NCBI GenBank assembly: GCA_028293125.1
Contig: JAQGPJ010000034.1
Location: forward strand, 22,465-86,464
From: Verrucomicrobiales bacterium
GTDB taxonomy: Bacteria; Verrucomicrobiota; Verrucomicrobiia; Verrucomicrobiales; V1-33
Direction of reading: 5' to 3'
Length of the DNA stretch: 64,000 nucleotides
Shown here: piece by piece, positions 43,997 through 54,113 of the stretch
Numbering within the stretch: position 1 is the stretch's first letter
Layout: each line of letters begins with the position of its first letter
Program-made: the position numbers and the translations under genes
The notes under the pieces: generated by a model
Seen by the model: only the letters and a program-made list of their open reading frames with translations
The model's database searches: none
What the model was told of the DNA's origin: nothing

Positions 43997-46033
43997 CTAT
44001 CGGGAGGTGGGTCTCAGAGGGGCGCGGGCCGGTGTGTTGGCGGCCGCCTGCGGCAGTTTGCGCACCTCGGGCGAGAATTGTGGGGCGACCTCATAATAGG
44101 CCATGGCCTTCTCCGCAATGCGGCGGAAGAGGGGGGCCGCAATATGTCCGCCATAGGCGGAGTGCTTCGGGCTTTTGGGCTGGTCCACAATGACCAAACC
44201 GGCCAGGCGGGGCTTGTCGGCCGGCAGAAAACCGATGAATGAGCAGATCACATCCCCGGGAATATATTTTTGTTTGGCCCTGCCTTTCTCAATGACCGTG
44301 GTGGCCTTGCGGGCGGTGCCGGTCTTGCCGGCGATTTCAAACAGCTGGCTGCGGCCGGGCTTGCCGCTGCCGCGCTCCACCACCTGCAGCATGGCCCGGC
44401 GGACCACCTCCGCCGCGCGGGCACTGATGATCTGCGGCGGCTCCGGCCGGTCCATGGCTTCCAGATGGTTGCCCCGGTCATCCACCCAGGACTCCGCAAG
44501 ATGGAGCGGACGCAGCGTGCCGTCGTTGATGATGCAGCCCAGTGCCCCGCACATCTGGGCGGGGGTGACCACAATGGCATTGCCAAACGCCACCCGCGAC
44601 AGCGTCTCCAGCGTCATTTTCCCGGTGCGGTCGCCGCGCTCATTGCCGGCGGTCCAGCCGCGGCTTTCAACCGGGGACTCAAAACCGGTCTTTTGACAGA
44701 ACCCGAACTCCCGGATTTTTTGCTCGAAACGCACGCTGCCCTGCATTCTGGCCAGTTCGAAGGCTCCGATATTGGAGGATTTGACCAGCACATCCGCCAC
44801 ACTCAGCGGCCCGTCATCATGTTCATCCCTGATCGGGGAGACATCCCCGCCATTGTAATAACCGCCATTGGGAATGGGAATAACTGTATTGGCGTTCACC
44901 CGGCCGGTGTTCAGTGCGGTGGCCAGGGTCACGATCTTGATCGTGGAGCCGGGCTCGTAGAGATACTCACTGACCGGATTGGTCAGGAGCGGCTTCTCCA
45001 CGCCGTGGACCTTGTCCCGGCAGCCAATGGCGCGCACGCCCATGGTGGCGGGATCGAAGAGCACCACGATGACGCGCTCCGCGTTCAGCTCATCCAGATA
45101 GACCTCCCCCTGGCGCGGGCCGGTGGCGTCCAACTCCGCCTCCAGAAGACTCTGGAGCCCCAGATCAATGGAAAGGCGGAGGTTTTTCCCGTTCCGGGGC
45201 GGTATGAGGTGGCCGCGGTAGGCGGGGATTTCATTGCGCCAACCGTCGATTTCGTATTCCCGCTCCCCGTCGGTGCCGTGCAGGCTGTTCTCAAAGAATT
45301 TCTCCACGCCGGCCACCCCCTGAGGCGGACGGGGCTGGTCGCCCGCCTTGAGTGTGGGCGGTTCGCCGAAGGCCCCCACGATGTGTGTCAGCGGCACATT
45401 GGCCGGATAGGTGCGGTCAAAACTATTGCGGAAAATCAGGGACCCCTGGGATCCCACATTTTCCCGGTAGCGTCCAAAGCCGGCACTCTCCAAAGCATCG
45501 CGGAGCTTCAGGGCGTCCGCCACGCTGATCTTCCGGCAGATGGGGAACTGGGAGTTGGGCCTGGAGGCCAGACGGGAGGACACCTTTTCCTGAAATTCCT
45601 GTTCCGTCATGCCCATGGCCGGCGCGCAGAGGCGGGCCATATGGGCGATGTAGCGCTGTTGGATGATCTCGAGACTGAAGGTGTGCCGGAGATCCAGGGA
45701 ACTCATGTTCTCAGACTTCTCAATGGCGTCCGCCAGCTTTTCGCCGCTCTGAAGATAGTTGCAGTCAAAGATGACCTTCTGCACAGGCTCATCCACCGCC
45801 AGCAGGCGGTTGCGTGCATCAAGGATGGCCCCGCGGGAGGCATCGAGGGTTTCCGTGCGGCGGTGCAGCTCCACTTCGGCCTGCAGACGGCCGTGCTCTC
45901 TCACTTGGAGATGGACCAGACGCCAGCCCAGAAGGATGAAGATGGACGCTACTCCCGCGCACACCAGGCCAGCCCGGATCCGCAGGCAGCGGTCCCCGGG
46001 CTCCGGAGGACGGACAGGATGGGAAATGCTCAT
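43997..46033 (-). CDS. ftsI: Class B penicillin-binding protein (FtsI/PBP3)
   Basis: N-terminal TM, RGAILD, EPGSTIK (SxxK), KSSN, AGKTGTA; dcw context. Confidence 0.92.
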   Translation of the reverse strand: MSISHPVRPPEPGDRCLRIRAGLVCAGVASIFILLGWRLVHLQVREHGRLQAEVELHRRTETLDASRGAILDARNRLLAVDEPVQKVIFDCNYLQSGEKLADAIEKSENMSSLDLRHTFSLEIIQQRYIAHMARLCAPAMGMTEQEFQEKVSSRLASRPNSQFPICRKISVADALKLRDALESAGFGRYRENVGSQGSLIFRNSFDRTYPANVPLTHIVGAFGEPPTLKAGDQPRPPQGVAGVEKFFENSLHGTDGEREYEIDGWRNEIPAYRGHLIPPRNGKNLRLSIDLGLQSLLEAELDATGPRQGEVYLDELNAERVIVVLFDPATMGVRAIGCRDKVHGVEKPLLTNPVSEYLYEPGSTIKIVTLATALNTGRVNANTVIPIPNGGYYNGGDVSPIRDEHDDGPLSVADVLVKSSNIGAFELARMQGSVRFEQKIREFGFCQKTGFESPVESRGWTAGNERGDRTGKMTLETLSRVAFGNAIVVTPAQMCGALGCIINDGTLRPLHLAESWVDDRGNHLEAMDRPEPPQIISARAAEVVRRAMLQVVERGSGKPGRSQLFEIAGKTGTARKATTVIEKGRAKQKYIPGDVICSFIGFLPADKPRLAGLVIVDQPKSPKHSAYGGHIAAPLFRRIAEKAMAYYEVAPQFSPEVRKLPQAAANTPARAPLRPTSR

Positions 46034-46434
46034 GGGTGCAGGGCGGTGGCCAGATTCCGGTTCCCAGGGGACAGGGCCTCACTTGGAATCACCGGTTCCG
46101 GCAGTTTCACCAGCCGGCCTCCGCGCGGTCCGATGGGAATGGGCTTCAGATCCAGACCGGCTTTGGCCACGCGTTCCTCCAGCGCGGTGCGGTCCAGCTT
46201 TTTCTCAAGGTGCTGCGTGGCCGCCGCAATCTGCCGGTTCAGGTTTGCGATCTCGATCTGGGTGGCCCTGATCCGGGAGGCCCGCTCGTTTTTTTTCACT
46301 CCCAGCCAGACGTAGCAGCCACCGATGGCCGCCAGCAGGACCGCGAAGATGATGCAGTTCATCATCCACGCAGGCCGGAGGGATTCCGGAGCATGGTTTT
46401 GGACACGGGAGCGGGAGCGTGGGCGGGGGTTCAC
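46030..46434 (-). CDS. ftsL: FtsL-like membrane/coiled-coil protein
   Basis: Basic N-terminus, one TM, coiled coil; position between rsmH and ftsI. Confidence 0.6.
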   Translation of the reverse strand: MNPRPRSRSRVQNHAPESLRPAWMMNCIIFAVLLAAIGGCYVWLGVKKNERASRIRATQIEIANLNRQIAAATQHLEKKLDRTALEERVAKAGLDLKPIPIGPRGGRLVKLPEPVIPSEALSPGNRNLATALHP

Positions 46435-46470
46435 GGCTGGTGTCTGGGATTCAGGGTGGGGACAGCAAAA

Positions 46471-47634
46471 TCAGGGGAGCCGCTCGGCCACGCGGAGCCT
46501 GGCGCTCCGCGAGCGGGGATTCCGGGCCAGCTCCCCGTCCGTGGCCACAATGGCCCGGCGGGAAACCAACCGGTAGTAACATTCCGGATTGGGGCGCGGA
46601 GCGGGCCACTCCGGACGGTCAATCTCCGGCTCGCTGTGGCGGCGGAGGTGCTGCTTGACGATCCGGTCCTCAAGCGAATGGAAACTGATCACTGCCAGGC
46701 GTCCGCCCGGTTTCAGCCAGCGGTGGGCCGCGTTCAAAGCACTCCGCAGAACTCCCAGCTCATCATTGACCGCAATCCGCAACGCCTGGAAAATTTTAGT
46801 GGCGGGATGGGTGGGACCTCTTTTGGGAATGACGGTGACCACGGCCTCCGCCAGTTCCTCCGTGGTCGTGAACAGCCGTTCTGCGCGGCGGGCTGCCAGC
46901 ATTTTGGCCACCCGCCGGCCGGCTGGCTCCTCACCATATTCATAAAAGAGGCGCGCCAGCTCCTCCTCCGGCCAGGTGTTCACCGCGTCGGCGGCGGAAA
47001 GCGGGGCATCAGGGTCCATCCGCATATCCAGCGGACCCTGCTTTTGGAATGAAAATCCCCGCTCCCCGCAGTCCACCTGATGGCTGCTGACACCGATATC
47101 CAGCAGAATCCCGTCCAGAACCGCTCCCAGCCCCGCCTCCTCCAGCAATGCCGGAAAGAAGGCGAAATTCAGCCGCACGGTCACCAGGTTTTCATCCATT
47201 CCCGCATCCTTCAGGCGCTGGCGGGCGAAGGCGAGCGCCTCCGGATCCTGATCCAGGGCCACCACCTGGGCACCGGCCTCCAGCAGCCGCAGGGTGTGGC
47301 CGCCACCGCCAAGAGTGCCGTCCAGAATCAGTTTGCCGGGCTGCGGCTCCAAAGCCGCCACCACCTCCTCCTCCAGCACAGGAATATGATAGCGGGCCCC
47401 CGTCCCCTGTGCTCCTCCGGTCTCCACCGGAATGGACCGGCTGTCCACCCGGATACTTCCGGCGCATACCGGGAAAAAACCGGAAAATGATGCGCCGCCG
47501 GATGCCGCCGGCATGGGCATCGGAAAGCAGGTGCGGTCCACCGCCGGGATCCGCACTTCCCAATGACGGAGGTGGCCCAGCCACTGCCTGACCTGACGAA
47601 ACCACTGGTGAAATACCGGAGCCGTCACCATCAT
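46471..47634 (-). CDS. rsmH: 16S rRNA m4C1402 methyltransferase (start uncertain; conserved core begins ~47390)
   Basis: HIPVL, DGTLGGGGH, DIGVSS, GPLDMRM, FQALRIAVN, ISFHSLEDRIVK, NPRSRSARLR. Confidence 0.95.
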   Translation of the reverse strand: MMVTAPVFHQWFRQVRQWLGHLRHWEVRIPAVDRTCFPMPMPAASGGASFSGFFPVCAGSIRVDSRSIPVETGGAQGTGARYHIPVLEEEVVAALEPQPGKLILDGTLGGGGHTLRLLEAGAQVVALDQDPEALAFARQRLKDAGMDENLVTVRLNFAFFPALLEEAGLGAVLDGILLDIGVSSHQVDCGERGFSFQKQGPLDMRMDPDAPLSAADAVNTWPEEELARLFYEYGEEPAGRRVAKMLAARRAERLFTTTEELAEAVVTVIPKRGPTHPATKIFQALRIAVNDELGVLRSALNAAHRWLKPGGRLAVISFHSLEDRIVKQHLRRHSEPEIDRPEWPAPRPNPECYYRLVSRRAIVATDGELARNPRSRSARLRVAERLP

Positions 47635-48083
47635 ACTGAGCGGACGGCGGAGCCGGGGTTGAAATTTTCAGTGATTCCCTGGGGAAAGACTGCGTCAGCA
47701 GCGGTCCGGCCTGCCCGGCCACGATTTTCCCCGGCACGGGGAATGGCGGCGGGGAGGTCCTGCATAGGATCGGAGGGAGACTGGACGGCAACTCTTACAT
47801 CGGATGAGTGATTAATCACACAGGGTATCTAAGGTCAATGAAATTTCAAGATCCGGGGTAGGATTTTCCAATTTAAGCAGGATTTTCCATAATTTCCCGA
47901 AAAAACGATTGGTCTGTTTAAAGCATTTACAGGCTGTTCACCTCATGAAATCGAACAGTATTTTTCAGCGGTTATAAACCTGTTCAACACTGGATCCCGG
48001 CTTAAAAATTGTCAGGTTTCCAAGTTGCATTCCGGGGACCGTTCTGGCACGGAAAGGAGGTCCAGGCGTGCCCTGCGTGCGCC

Positions 48084-48112
48084 TTGACGCTTTCCTCTTA
48101 CCCTTTTATGCT
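48084..48112 (+). promoter_or_regulatory. Sigma70-type promoter, probably leaderless transcript
   Basis: TTGACG (48084-48089), 17-nt spacer, TATGCT (48107-48112); ATG at 48120. Confidence 0.65.
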
Positions 48113-48119
48113 TCGGGCT

Positions 48120-49544
48120 ATGAACCGCGATACCTCCCGTCTCCTCCTCTGCACGCTCACTGCCGCAGTGGTGGTGATGGCCAACGATGCTTCGGCGTTC
48201 CCCAATCCTTTCCGCCGCAAGCCTTTGGACACCCCTCTGGCCCCTGCCCAGCTGCAGGCCTCCGAGGCTGAGGCCGGTGCTCTGTTGAAACAGGCCCAGG
48301 ACCTTGAGACAGCCGGCAAAAGCGGAGCCGCGGCCTCCTCCTACAAGCGCATCGTGGAGCGTTACCCCCTGACCAGTTTCGCTCCGGTGGCCCAGTTCCG
48401 TCTGGCCTCCACCTACGAGCGCGGCGGCAAGTTCAGCAAAGCCTTCGACACCTACCAGGAACTGGTGGAGACCTACAAGCAGAGTGCCCAGTTCGGCGAG
48501 GCCATTGACCGTCAGATGGACATCGCCATGCAGGCCCGTTCAGAGAAGCTGGGCTCCTTCCTGGGGATTGCCAAAAAGCTGGACACCACCCAGCAGCTGG
48601 ACATGTTCCAGAAGGTGATTATCAATGCGCCCCGTGGCCGCCGGGCTGCCGAGGCCCAGTTTGAGATCGCCAAAATCCACGAGGAGCAGAAGGATCAGGA
48701 CGCCGCCATTGCCGCCTACCGCAAACTGGTTGAGGACTATCCCTCCAGCCCGCTCGCGGTGGAGGCCCAGTCCAAGGTCGGCAAGGGCTATCTGGGTAAA
48801 ATGGAGCGCGGCAGCCGCGATGCCGAGAATATCAGAAAAGCCCGCGCCGCCGCCGAGGAGGCGGGGGGGCTTTTCCCGGACACCACCATGCCGGACATCA
48901 ACGCCACCCGCAGCCAGGTGGACGATCTGGCGGCGGAGAACGCCTGGAAGACCGCCAAATTTTATGAGAAGAACGGCAACCGCAAGGCCGCCGTCCTTTA
49001 TTACAGCGATGTCCTCCGCTCCCCCGGCAGCGCCCGTTACGACGCCGCCCGTGAGCGTATCTCAGCCTTGGCCTCCGCGGATCCGAAGCTCCTGGAATCC
49101 GTGCCCAAATTGGCCGTCTCCCAAAAGGATCTGGCAGTGCGGGCGGCGGTCGACCTGAAGGGCAATGCCAATTACTTCGGCCCGCCCGCTCCCGCCACCG
49201 GAGTGGCGGGCAACAGCGTGTTGAAAAAGCCGAAAATGCGGCCTTCCGGCGAGCAGATTCCCACCATCCCCCTGGATGAGCCGGATCTCCCGACCGGTAT
49301 CGACCATACCCTGAAACCGGACAATGGCCTGTTGGATCCCACTCTGCCCACCGCTCCCGCCCCTGACCCGTCGGCTCCGTTGCCGGAGGGAGGGGAATTG
49401 AAGCCCGGCGACTCTGTGCCTGCTACTGAAACTCCGGCAGCCCCTGAGCCGCCTTCCCTGACTCCGCCCAGCGAACCGGAGCCGGCCCCACCCTCCGAGC
49501 CAGCGCCCCCGGTGGAGCCTCCGAAACCAGCAGACGGAAATTGA
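48120..49544 (+). CDS. BamD/YfiO-like TPR outer-membrane assembly protein with Pro-rich tail
   Basis: Signal peptide, TPR repeats (IVERYP..FAPVAQF, LVEDYPSS), AKFYEKNG...AAVLYY; upstream of lptE. Confidence 0.75.
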   Translation: MNRDTSRLLLCTLTAAVVVMANDASAFPNPFRRKPLDTPLAPAQLQASEAEAGALLKQAQDLETAGKSGAAASSYKRIVERYPLTSFAPVAQFRLASTYERGGKFSKAFDTYQELVETYKQSAQFGEAIDRQMDIAMQARSEKLGSFLGIAKKLDTTQQLDMFQKVIINAPRGRRAAEAQFEIAKIHEEQKDQDAAIAAYRKLVEDYPSSPLAVEAQSKVGKGYLGKMERGSRDAENIRKARAAAEEAGGLFPDTTMPDINATRSQVDDLAAENAWKTAKFYEKNGNRKAAVLYYSDVLRSPGSARYDAARERISALASADPKLLESVPKLAVSQKDLAVRAAVDLKGNANYFGPPAPATGVAGNSVLKKPKMRPSGEQIPTIPLDEPDLPTGIDHTLKPDNGLLDPTLPTAPAPDPSAPLPEGGELKPGDSVPATETPAAPEPPSLTPPSEPEPAPPSEPAPPVEPPKPADGN

Positions 49545-49613
49545 TTGGATTCCCGTCCTTCCCCGCCGCACATCCTTTTCCGCTCCGCGCCTGACGGGGC
49601 GCCTTCCCCGCCC

Positions 49614-50240
49614 ATGCAATTGATCCATCTGTTTGGCCGCCTTTCCCTGGCCGCTGCGGCCTGCCTGCTCAGCAGCTGCGCTGGTTATCATCTCGGATCC
49701 GACAAGCCGGCCAGGATGGAGAAAATCACCAAACTGGCGGTCCCCGCGTTCAAAAACCTGACACTGGAGCCCCGCTCCTCGGTGCTGGTCACAAACAACG
49801 TGATCCGCCTTCTTCAAACTGACGGCACCTACCAGGTGGTTGACCCTCAGTACGCTGAGGCCGTGCTTCACGGGACCATCCAGAAGTTCGAGCGCCGGCA
49901 GCTGCGCAGCGCGCGCAACAACACCCTGCGCACCCGGGAAATGGAGCTGAGGCTTTTTATCCATTACACGGTGGATGACCCGGTCACGGGGTCCGTCCTG
50001 TCCCGGGGCAACATCAACGGATCCACCTCCGTTTTTCTGGATCCAAACCTTCAGCTGAGTGAGCGCCAGGCGATTGACGACGCCTCATCCCGGGTGGCGG
50101 AGGAGCTGGTGAGCCGTCTGGCGGAGGGATGGGGCAGCGAGGAGTTTGTGGGCGATCCCTCCCACGGCTCCTCAAAAATCCGCAAAGGACGGAACGAAGG
50201 CAGTTCGCTCCCCAAGTCACTCCAGCAGAAGCAGCGCTGA
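49614..50240 (+). CDS. lptE: LPS-assembly lipoprotein LptE family
   Basis: Lipobox LSSC-AGYHLG, AVPAFKNLTLEP, AEAVLHGTI, ERQAI...AEELVSRL.EGW. Confidence 0.75.
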   Translation: MQLIHLFGRLSLAAAACLLSSCAGYHLGSDKPARMEKITKLAVPAFKNLTLEPRSSVLVTNNVIRLLQTDGTYQVVDPQYAEAVLHGTIQKFERRQLRSARNNTLRTREMELRLFIHYTVDDPVTGSVLSRGNINGSTSVFLDPNLQLSERQAIDDASSRVAEELVSRLAEGWGSEEFVGDPSHGSSKIRKGRNEGSSLPKSLQQKQR

Positions 50241-50327
50241 ATGGTGGGCGGCCGGACACACACCGGCCCCTGCGCCCTGCTGTTTCCGGAATCCATTTGA
50301 AACCCGGACTGAAAAATCAAAAATCAC

Positions 50328-50355
50328 TTGCACGCCGGCTTTTCCTTTCTACTTT
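50328..50355 (+). promoter_or_regulatory. Putative sigma70 promoter of tRNA-Val
   Basis: A-tract UP-like region, TTGCAC, 16-nt spacer, TACTTT, GC-rich discriminator. Confidence 0.45.
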
Positions 50356-50385
50356 TCCCGCCCGCCCCCAAAGGGCCGGAAAAAC

Positions 50386-50460
50386 GCGCGGTTAGCTCAG
50401 CGGTAGAGCACCTCCCTGACACGGAGGGGGTCACAAGTTCGAACCTTGTATCGCGCACCA
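50386..50460 (+). tRNA. tRNA-Val(GAC)
   Basis: Acceptor GCGCGGT/ATCGCGC, D-arm TAGCTCAGCGGTAGAGC, anticodon stem CCTCC/GGAGG with loop CTGACAC, T-loop TTCGAAC, encoded CCA; 75 nt. Confidence 0.97.
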
Positions 50461-50883
50461 TTTCCTTTTGGAAACAGAGGTCACGGTGGCTGAATAAACG
50501 GATACGGTTCCCTCCTCCAATCCCCTGCATGGAAAGCCATGCGCATTCCGCATTTGTTTTCGGAACGGGCAGTCAGGCAGGTATTGGTCATTCCGCGCCG
50601 GAATCGTCACCTGCTGATGAGCCTTTCCAACCAGGTGAACAGCTTTAAAATGCTTTTATACCCGGATGCCCAAGGTCCGGGCGGTCTGATTTTTTTGGAA
50701 AATCCGGTGGGGCCCGGGTGCATTTCCCCTTTTCCGGCACTTGGGGAATGTTCAAAAAAAATCCACCCTCAGGCTCCACCCCGCCCCGTCCCTAACGTGG
50801 TGCTTTCAAGCCAAATTTTTTAAAAAAGTTTCCAGGCGGAGGCAAAAAAATCTTGTCCCGGACCTTAGGCTGGCTACGGTGAC

Positions 50884-50921
50884 GTCCGGTCCGTGGCGAA
50901 GTTAGCAAGCACGGACCGGAC
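50884..50921. repeat. Perfect 12-bp inverted repeat (GTCCGGTCCGTG-N14-CACGGACCGGAC) upstream of dnaA
   Basis: Read directly; not followed by a U-tract on either strand. Confidence 0.8.
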
Positions 50922-51182
50922 AGCCCTCAGCCCCAATCCATGCTCTCCTTTCCCGTGTTCCCCGCTGCCGCCACGCAATCATGGGGAACAGCCGCGTCCA
51001 CGACCGGAAAGGAATGTCCAAGCGCTGAAGTGTTTCCGCTGACCTCCATGCCCGGCCATGCGGCCGCTTTCCGCTCAAACCCCTTTTTTCCCAACGCTTC
51101 CTGTCCCCAGTGCGTTCCTCCGCTCCGGCAAGCCGGAATTTTCTGCTTCTGAACCACCCGTCCGCAGAATCCGCGCCTTTTC

Positions 51183-52652
51183 ATGTCCGACCGATCCTCA
51201 CTGGCCGCGCTTTGGTCGCATGTCGTTGATAATCTGCGGGCTAGGATTTCCCCGGATGCCTACGAGCGCTGGTTTTCCTCGATCTGCCTGACAGAGATCA
51301 CGGAGGAGAGCGCGCGGCTGGCGGTGCCGGACGCCATCCATAAGCTGTGGATCGAGATGAACTATCTCCCGCCTCTGAGGGAGTCCTTCAAAAGCATCAC
51401 CGGCATCATACCTTTGCTGGAGTTGGAGTGCGCCACCAACAACCTGCAGCAGCAAGGCCCGCCCCCCATGGCTTCCCGCAGCCGGGCAGTCAAAGCCCAG
51501 CCGGCAGCCTCTGAAGCCCCTCCCCCCGCTGTCCGGGCAGCGGCGTTGAGACTTCCTGCCCCGCCGGCGCCGAAGGAACCGGAGCCGGTGCCCGACAGCG
51601 CGGTGGAGGAACCTGTCTCCGGGAATGAGGATGGCATTGCCCAGCGCCATACCTTCAATACATTCGTGGTCGGTGCTAACAATCAGTTTGCGCATGCCGC
51701 GGCCATGGCCGTGGCCCAGCGTCCGGCCCGCGCCTACAACCCTCTGTTCCTCCATGGAGGCACCGGTTTGGGCAAAACGCACCTCATGCACGCCATTGGT
51801 GCCCATATCCGCAGCGCGCGCCCCAAGGCCCGGGTGCTCTACATCACCAGTGAGGAGTTCACCAATCAGTTCATCGGAGCCCTCCAGGAGCATTCACTGC
51901 CCAAGTTCCGAAAACGTTTCCGTCTGGCGGATGTGCTGCTGATCGACGACATCCAGTTCCTCGCCGGCAAGGAGCGGTCCCAGGAGGAGTTCTTCCACAC
52001 CTTCAACGCCCTTTTCGACGGCAACAAGCAGCTGGTACTCTCCAGCGACTGCCCGCCGGCGGAGATGCGGAATCTGGAGTCCCGCCTGGCCTCGCGCTTT
52101 GAGTGGGGGATGATGGCGGAGGTGACTCCTCCCGACGAGGAGACCCGGGTGGCCATTCTCCGCAAGCGGGCAGAGTCCCTGCGGGTGGAGGTCCCCCCGA
52201 ATGTGATCGACTACCTGGCCTCCCGCATCCGCAGCAATGTCCGCCGCCTGCATGGCGCGCTGTTCCGTGTGGCCTCCTGGATTTCCCTGCATGGCCCCAT
52301 CTCCCTGGTCCAGACGGAGGACCTGATGCGCGATCTGGTCCAGGAGGAATCGACCAAGCACATCACCATCGACCGCATTCAGAAAACGATCGCCGAGAGC
52401 TTTGACATCCGCATTGCGGACATGACCAGCCGCAAGCGCCCGGCCAACATTGCCTTTGCCCGGCAGGTGGCCATGTATCTTTCCCGGGAGCTGACCGGCT
52501 GCTCCTACCAGGAAATCGGCCTCGCCTTTGGCGGCCGGGACCACGGCACCATCATGCACGCCTGCCGCAGCGTGGATTCGCGGCTGAAGGAGCAGGAATC
52601 CCTGCGCCTGCGGCTGGATTCCCTGATGACCACCCTGAAGCGTAGTTCATAG
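51183..52652 (+). CDS. dnaA: Chromosomal replication initiator protein DnaA
   Basis: TFNTFVVGANN, YNPLFLHGGTGLGKTHL, LLIDDIQF, RLASRFEWG, NVRRLHGA, RQVAMYL, FGGRDHGT. Confidence 0.95.
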   Translation: MSDRSSLAALWSHVVDNLRARISPDAYERWFSSICLTEITEESARLAVPDAIHKLWIEMNYLPPLRESFKSITGIIPLLELECATNNLQQQGPPPMASRSRAVKAQPAASEAPPPAVRAAALRLPAPPAPKEPEPVPDSAVEEPVSGNEDGIAQRHTFNTFVVGANNQFAHAAAMAVAQRPARAYNPLFLHGGTGLGKTHLMHAIGAHIRSARPKARVLYITSEEFTNQFIGALQEHSLPKFRKRFRLADVLLIDDIQFLAGKERSQEEFFHTFNALFDGNKQLVLSSDCPPAEMRNLESRLASRFEWGMMAEVTPPDEETRVAILRKRAESLRVEVPPNVIDYLASRIRSNVRRLHGALFRVASWISLHGPISLVQTEDLMRDLVQEESTKHITIDRIQKTIAESFDIRIADMTSRKRPANIAFARQVAMYLSRELTGCSYQEIGLAFGGRDHGTIMHACRSVDSRLKEQESLRLRLDSLMTTLKRSS

Positions 52653-52790
52653 GGCTCCGCCCTGCTCTGAAATTCCGGACCGGACTCCCTCCGCTGGAGC
52701 CGGAGCGGCGGGGTCCACCGGCTGATTTGTGATAAATCCGCCGGCGGATACGTTTCCTGATCACCGCTGTTCTTTTCCCCCTCCGCCCGC

Positions 52791-54113
52791 GTGTCCCCCT
52801 CCCTGCTTGTTTTCCACCGGTTTTATCCGCTCCCGATACTGATGGCCGCCCTCCTCCCGGTGCCGGCACAGGCCCAGCGTTTCGATTACGAGGAGGAGCC
52901 GCACAACTATTACAGTGCTCCGCTGACGGATGCCGGGACGAAGCTGGACGGAGACCTGCTCACCGGAAGTTTTCAGCTTCCCGGCGGCAGTGATCTGGAG
53001 GCGCTGAAAGCTGTGTTGAACCGGCTGAAAATTCCGGTGTCCAGCCAGGTTCTGGTCTTCTCCAAAACCAGCGTGCAGCGCGACCGCATCCGGCCGGACA
53101 ATCCGCGGGCCATTTATTTCAACGATGAGTGCTACGCCGCCTGGGTGCCGGGCGGCCTGGTGGAGATCGCCTCCACCGATCCGGTGCTGGGCCCTGTCTT
53201 TTACACGCTGGACCTTCACCGGGCGGACCGGACGGTGCCGCGTCTGGACCGGTCCCAGAGCTGTCTGGACTGCCATGGAGGCAGCATGACCAACGGCGTG
53301 CCGGGTCTGATGGCGCGGTCTGTTTTTTCTGGAAGTGACGGCACGCCGCTTTATCAGGCGGGCACCGCGCTGATCGATCAGAACAGCCCCTTTGAAAACC
53401 GCTGGGGCGGCTGGTATGTCACCGGCACCCACGGCGGGAGCCGGCACCGGGGCAATGTGACGGCCACGGCCAATGACCGGAACACGGTCACCATGGACAC
53501 GGCCAAAGGCGCGAATCTGGAGTCGCTGGAGTCCTTTTTCCCGGTCCGGCGTTACGCCCGTGCCGACAGCGACATCGTGGCCCTCATGGTCATGGAGCAC
53601 CAGCTGGGCATGACCAGCCGGCTGGTGGAGGCCTCCTACGCCGTGCGCGGTGCCATGGTGAGACAGGCCGACCTGCGCCGCGAACTGGGCGATCCTCCCA
53701 CGGACGAACTGGTGGGCACGGCCAAAATCATCGCCGACAGCCACGCCGGCAAAATTCTGGAATACCTGCTGTTTGCGGGCGAGGCCGCCCTGCCCGAGGG
53801 CGGAATCGAGGGCGGAGCCGATTTTCAGGCTGGCTTCCGTGCCGGCCGCCCGGCCACGCCGGATGGAAAATCCCTGACTGATTTCCAGCTTCTGACGCGT
53901 CTGTTCAAATACCGCTGCAGTTATCTGATTTACAGCCGGCTTTGGGACACGCTGCCGCCGGAATTTCTGGCCCTGCTGTATCAGCGCCTGTTCGCCATTC
54001 TGACAGCGGAGACGCCTCCCCCCCGTTTTGCCCATCTGTCCGCCCGGGAAAGGCGGGATATTCTCCAGATTCTCCGCACCACCAAGCCCGGTCTCCCGGA
54101 CAGTTGGCAATAA
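52791..54113 (+). CDS. Conserved exported hypothetical protein with one CxxCH motif
   Basis: Signal-like N-terminus, SQVLVFSKTS.Q, PRAIYFND, SCLDCHGG, RWGGWYVTG, SDIVALMV.EHQ, RLFKYRCSYLIYS. Confidence 0.75.
   Translation: MSPSLLVFHRFYPLPILMAALLPVPAQAQRFDYEEEPHNYYSAPLTDAGTKLDGDLLTGSFQLPGGSDLEALKAVLNRLKIPVSSQVLVFSKTSVQRDRIRPDNPRAIYFNDECYAAWVPGGLVEIASTDPVLGPVFYTLDLHRADRTVPRLDRSQSCLDCHGGSMTNGVPGLMARSVFSGSDGTPLYQAGTALIDQNSPFENRWGGWYVTGTHGGSRHRGNVTATANDRNTVTMDTAKGANLESLESFFPVRRYARADSDIVALMVMEHQLGMTSRLVEASYAVRGAMVRQADLRRELGDPPTDELVGTAKIIADSHAGKILEYLLFAGEAALPEGGIEGGADFQAGFRAGRPATPDGKSLTDFQLLTRLFKYRCSYLIYSRLWDTLPPEFLALLYQRLFAILTAETPPPRFAHLSARERRDILQILRTTKPGLPDSWQ

Noticed and set aside
47935-47957. 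TGTTC...GAACA resembling the Verrucomicrobia LexA box
   Set aside because: The spacer is 13 nt rather than the 4 nt of the described motif.
48045-48060. TGGCACG upstream of the bamD-like gene as a sigma54 promoter
   Set aside because: No GC at the -12 position; a good sigma70 promoter lies just downstream.
50461-50820. Island integrated at tRNA-Val
   Set aside because: No integrase and no duplicated tRNA 3' end seen in the window; the short ORFs here lack coding features.
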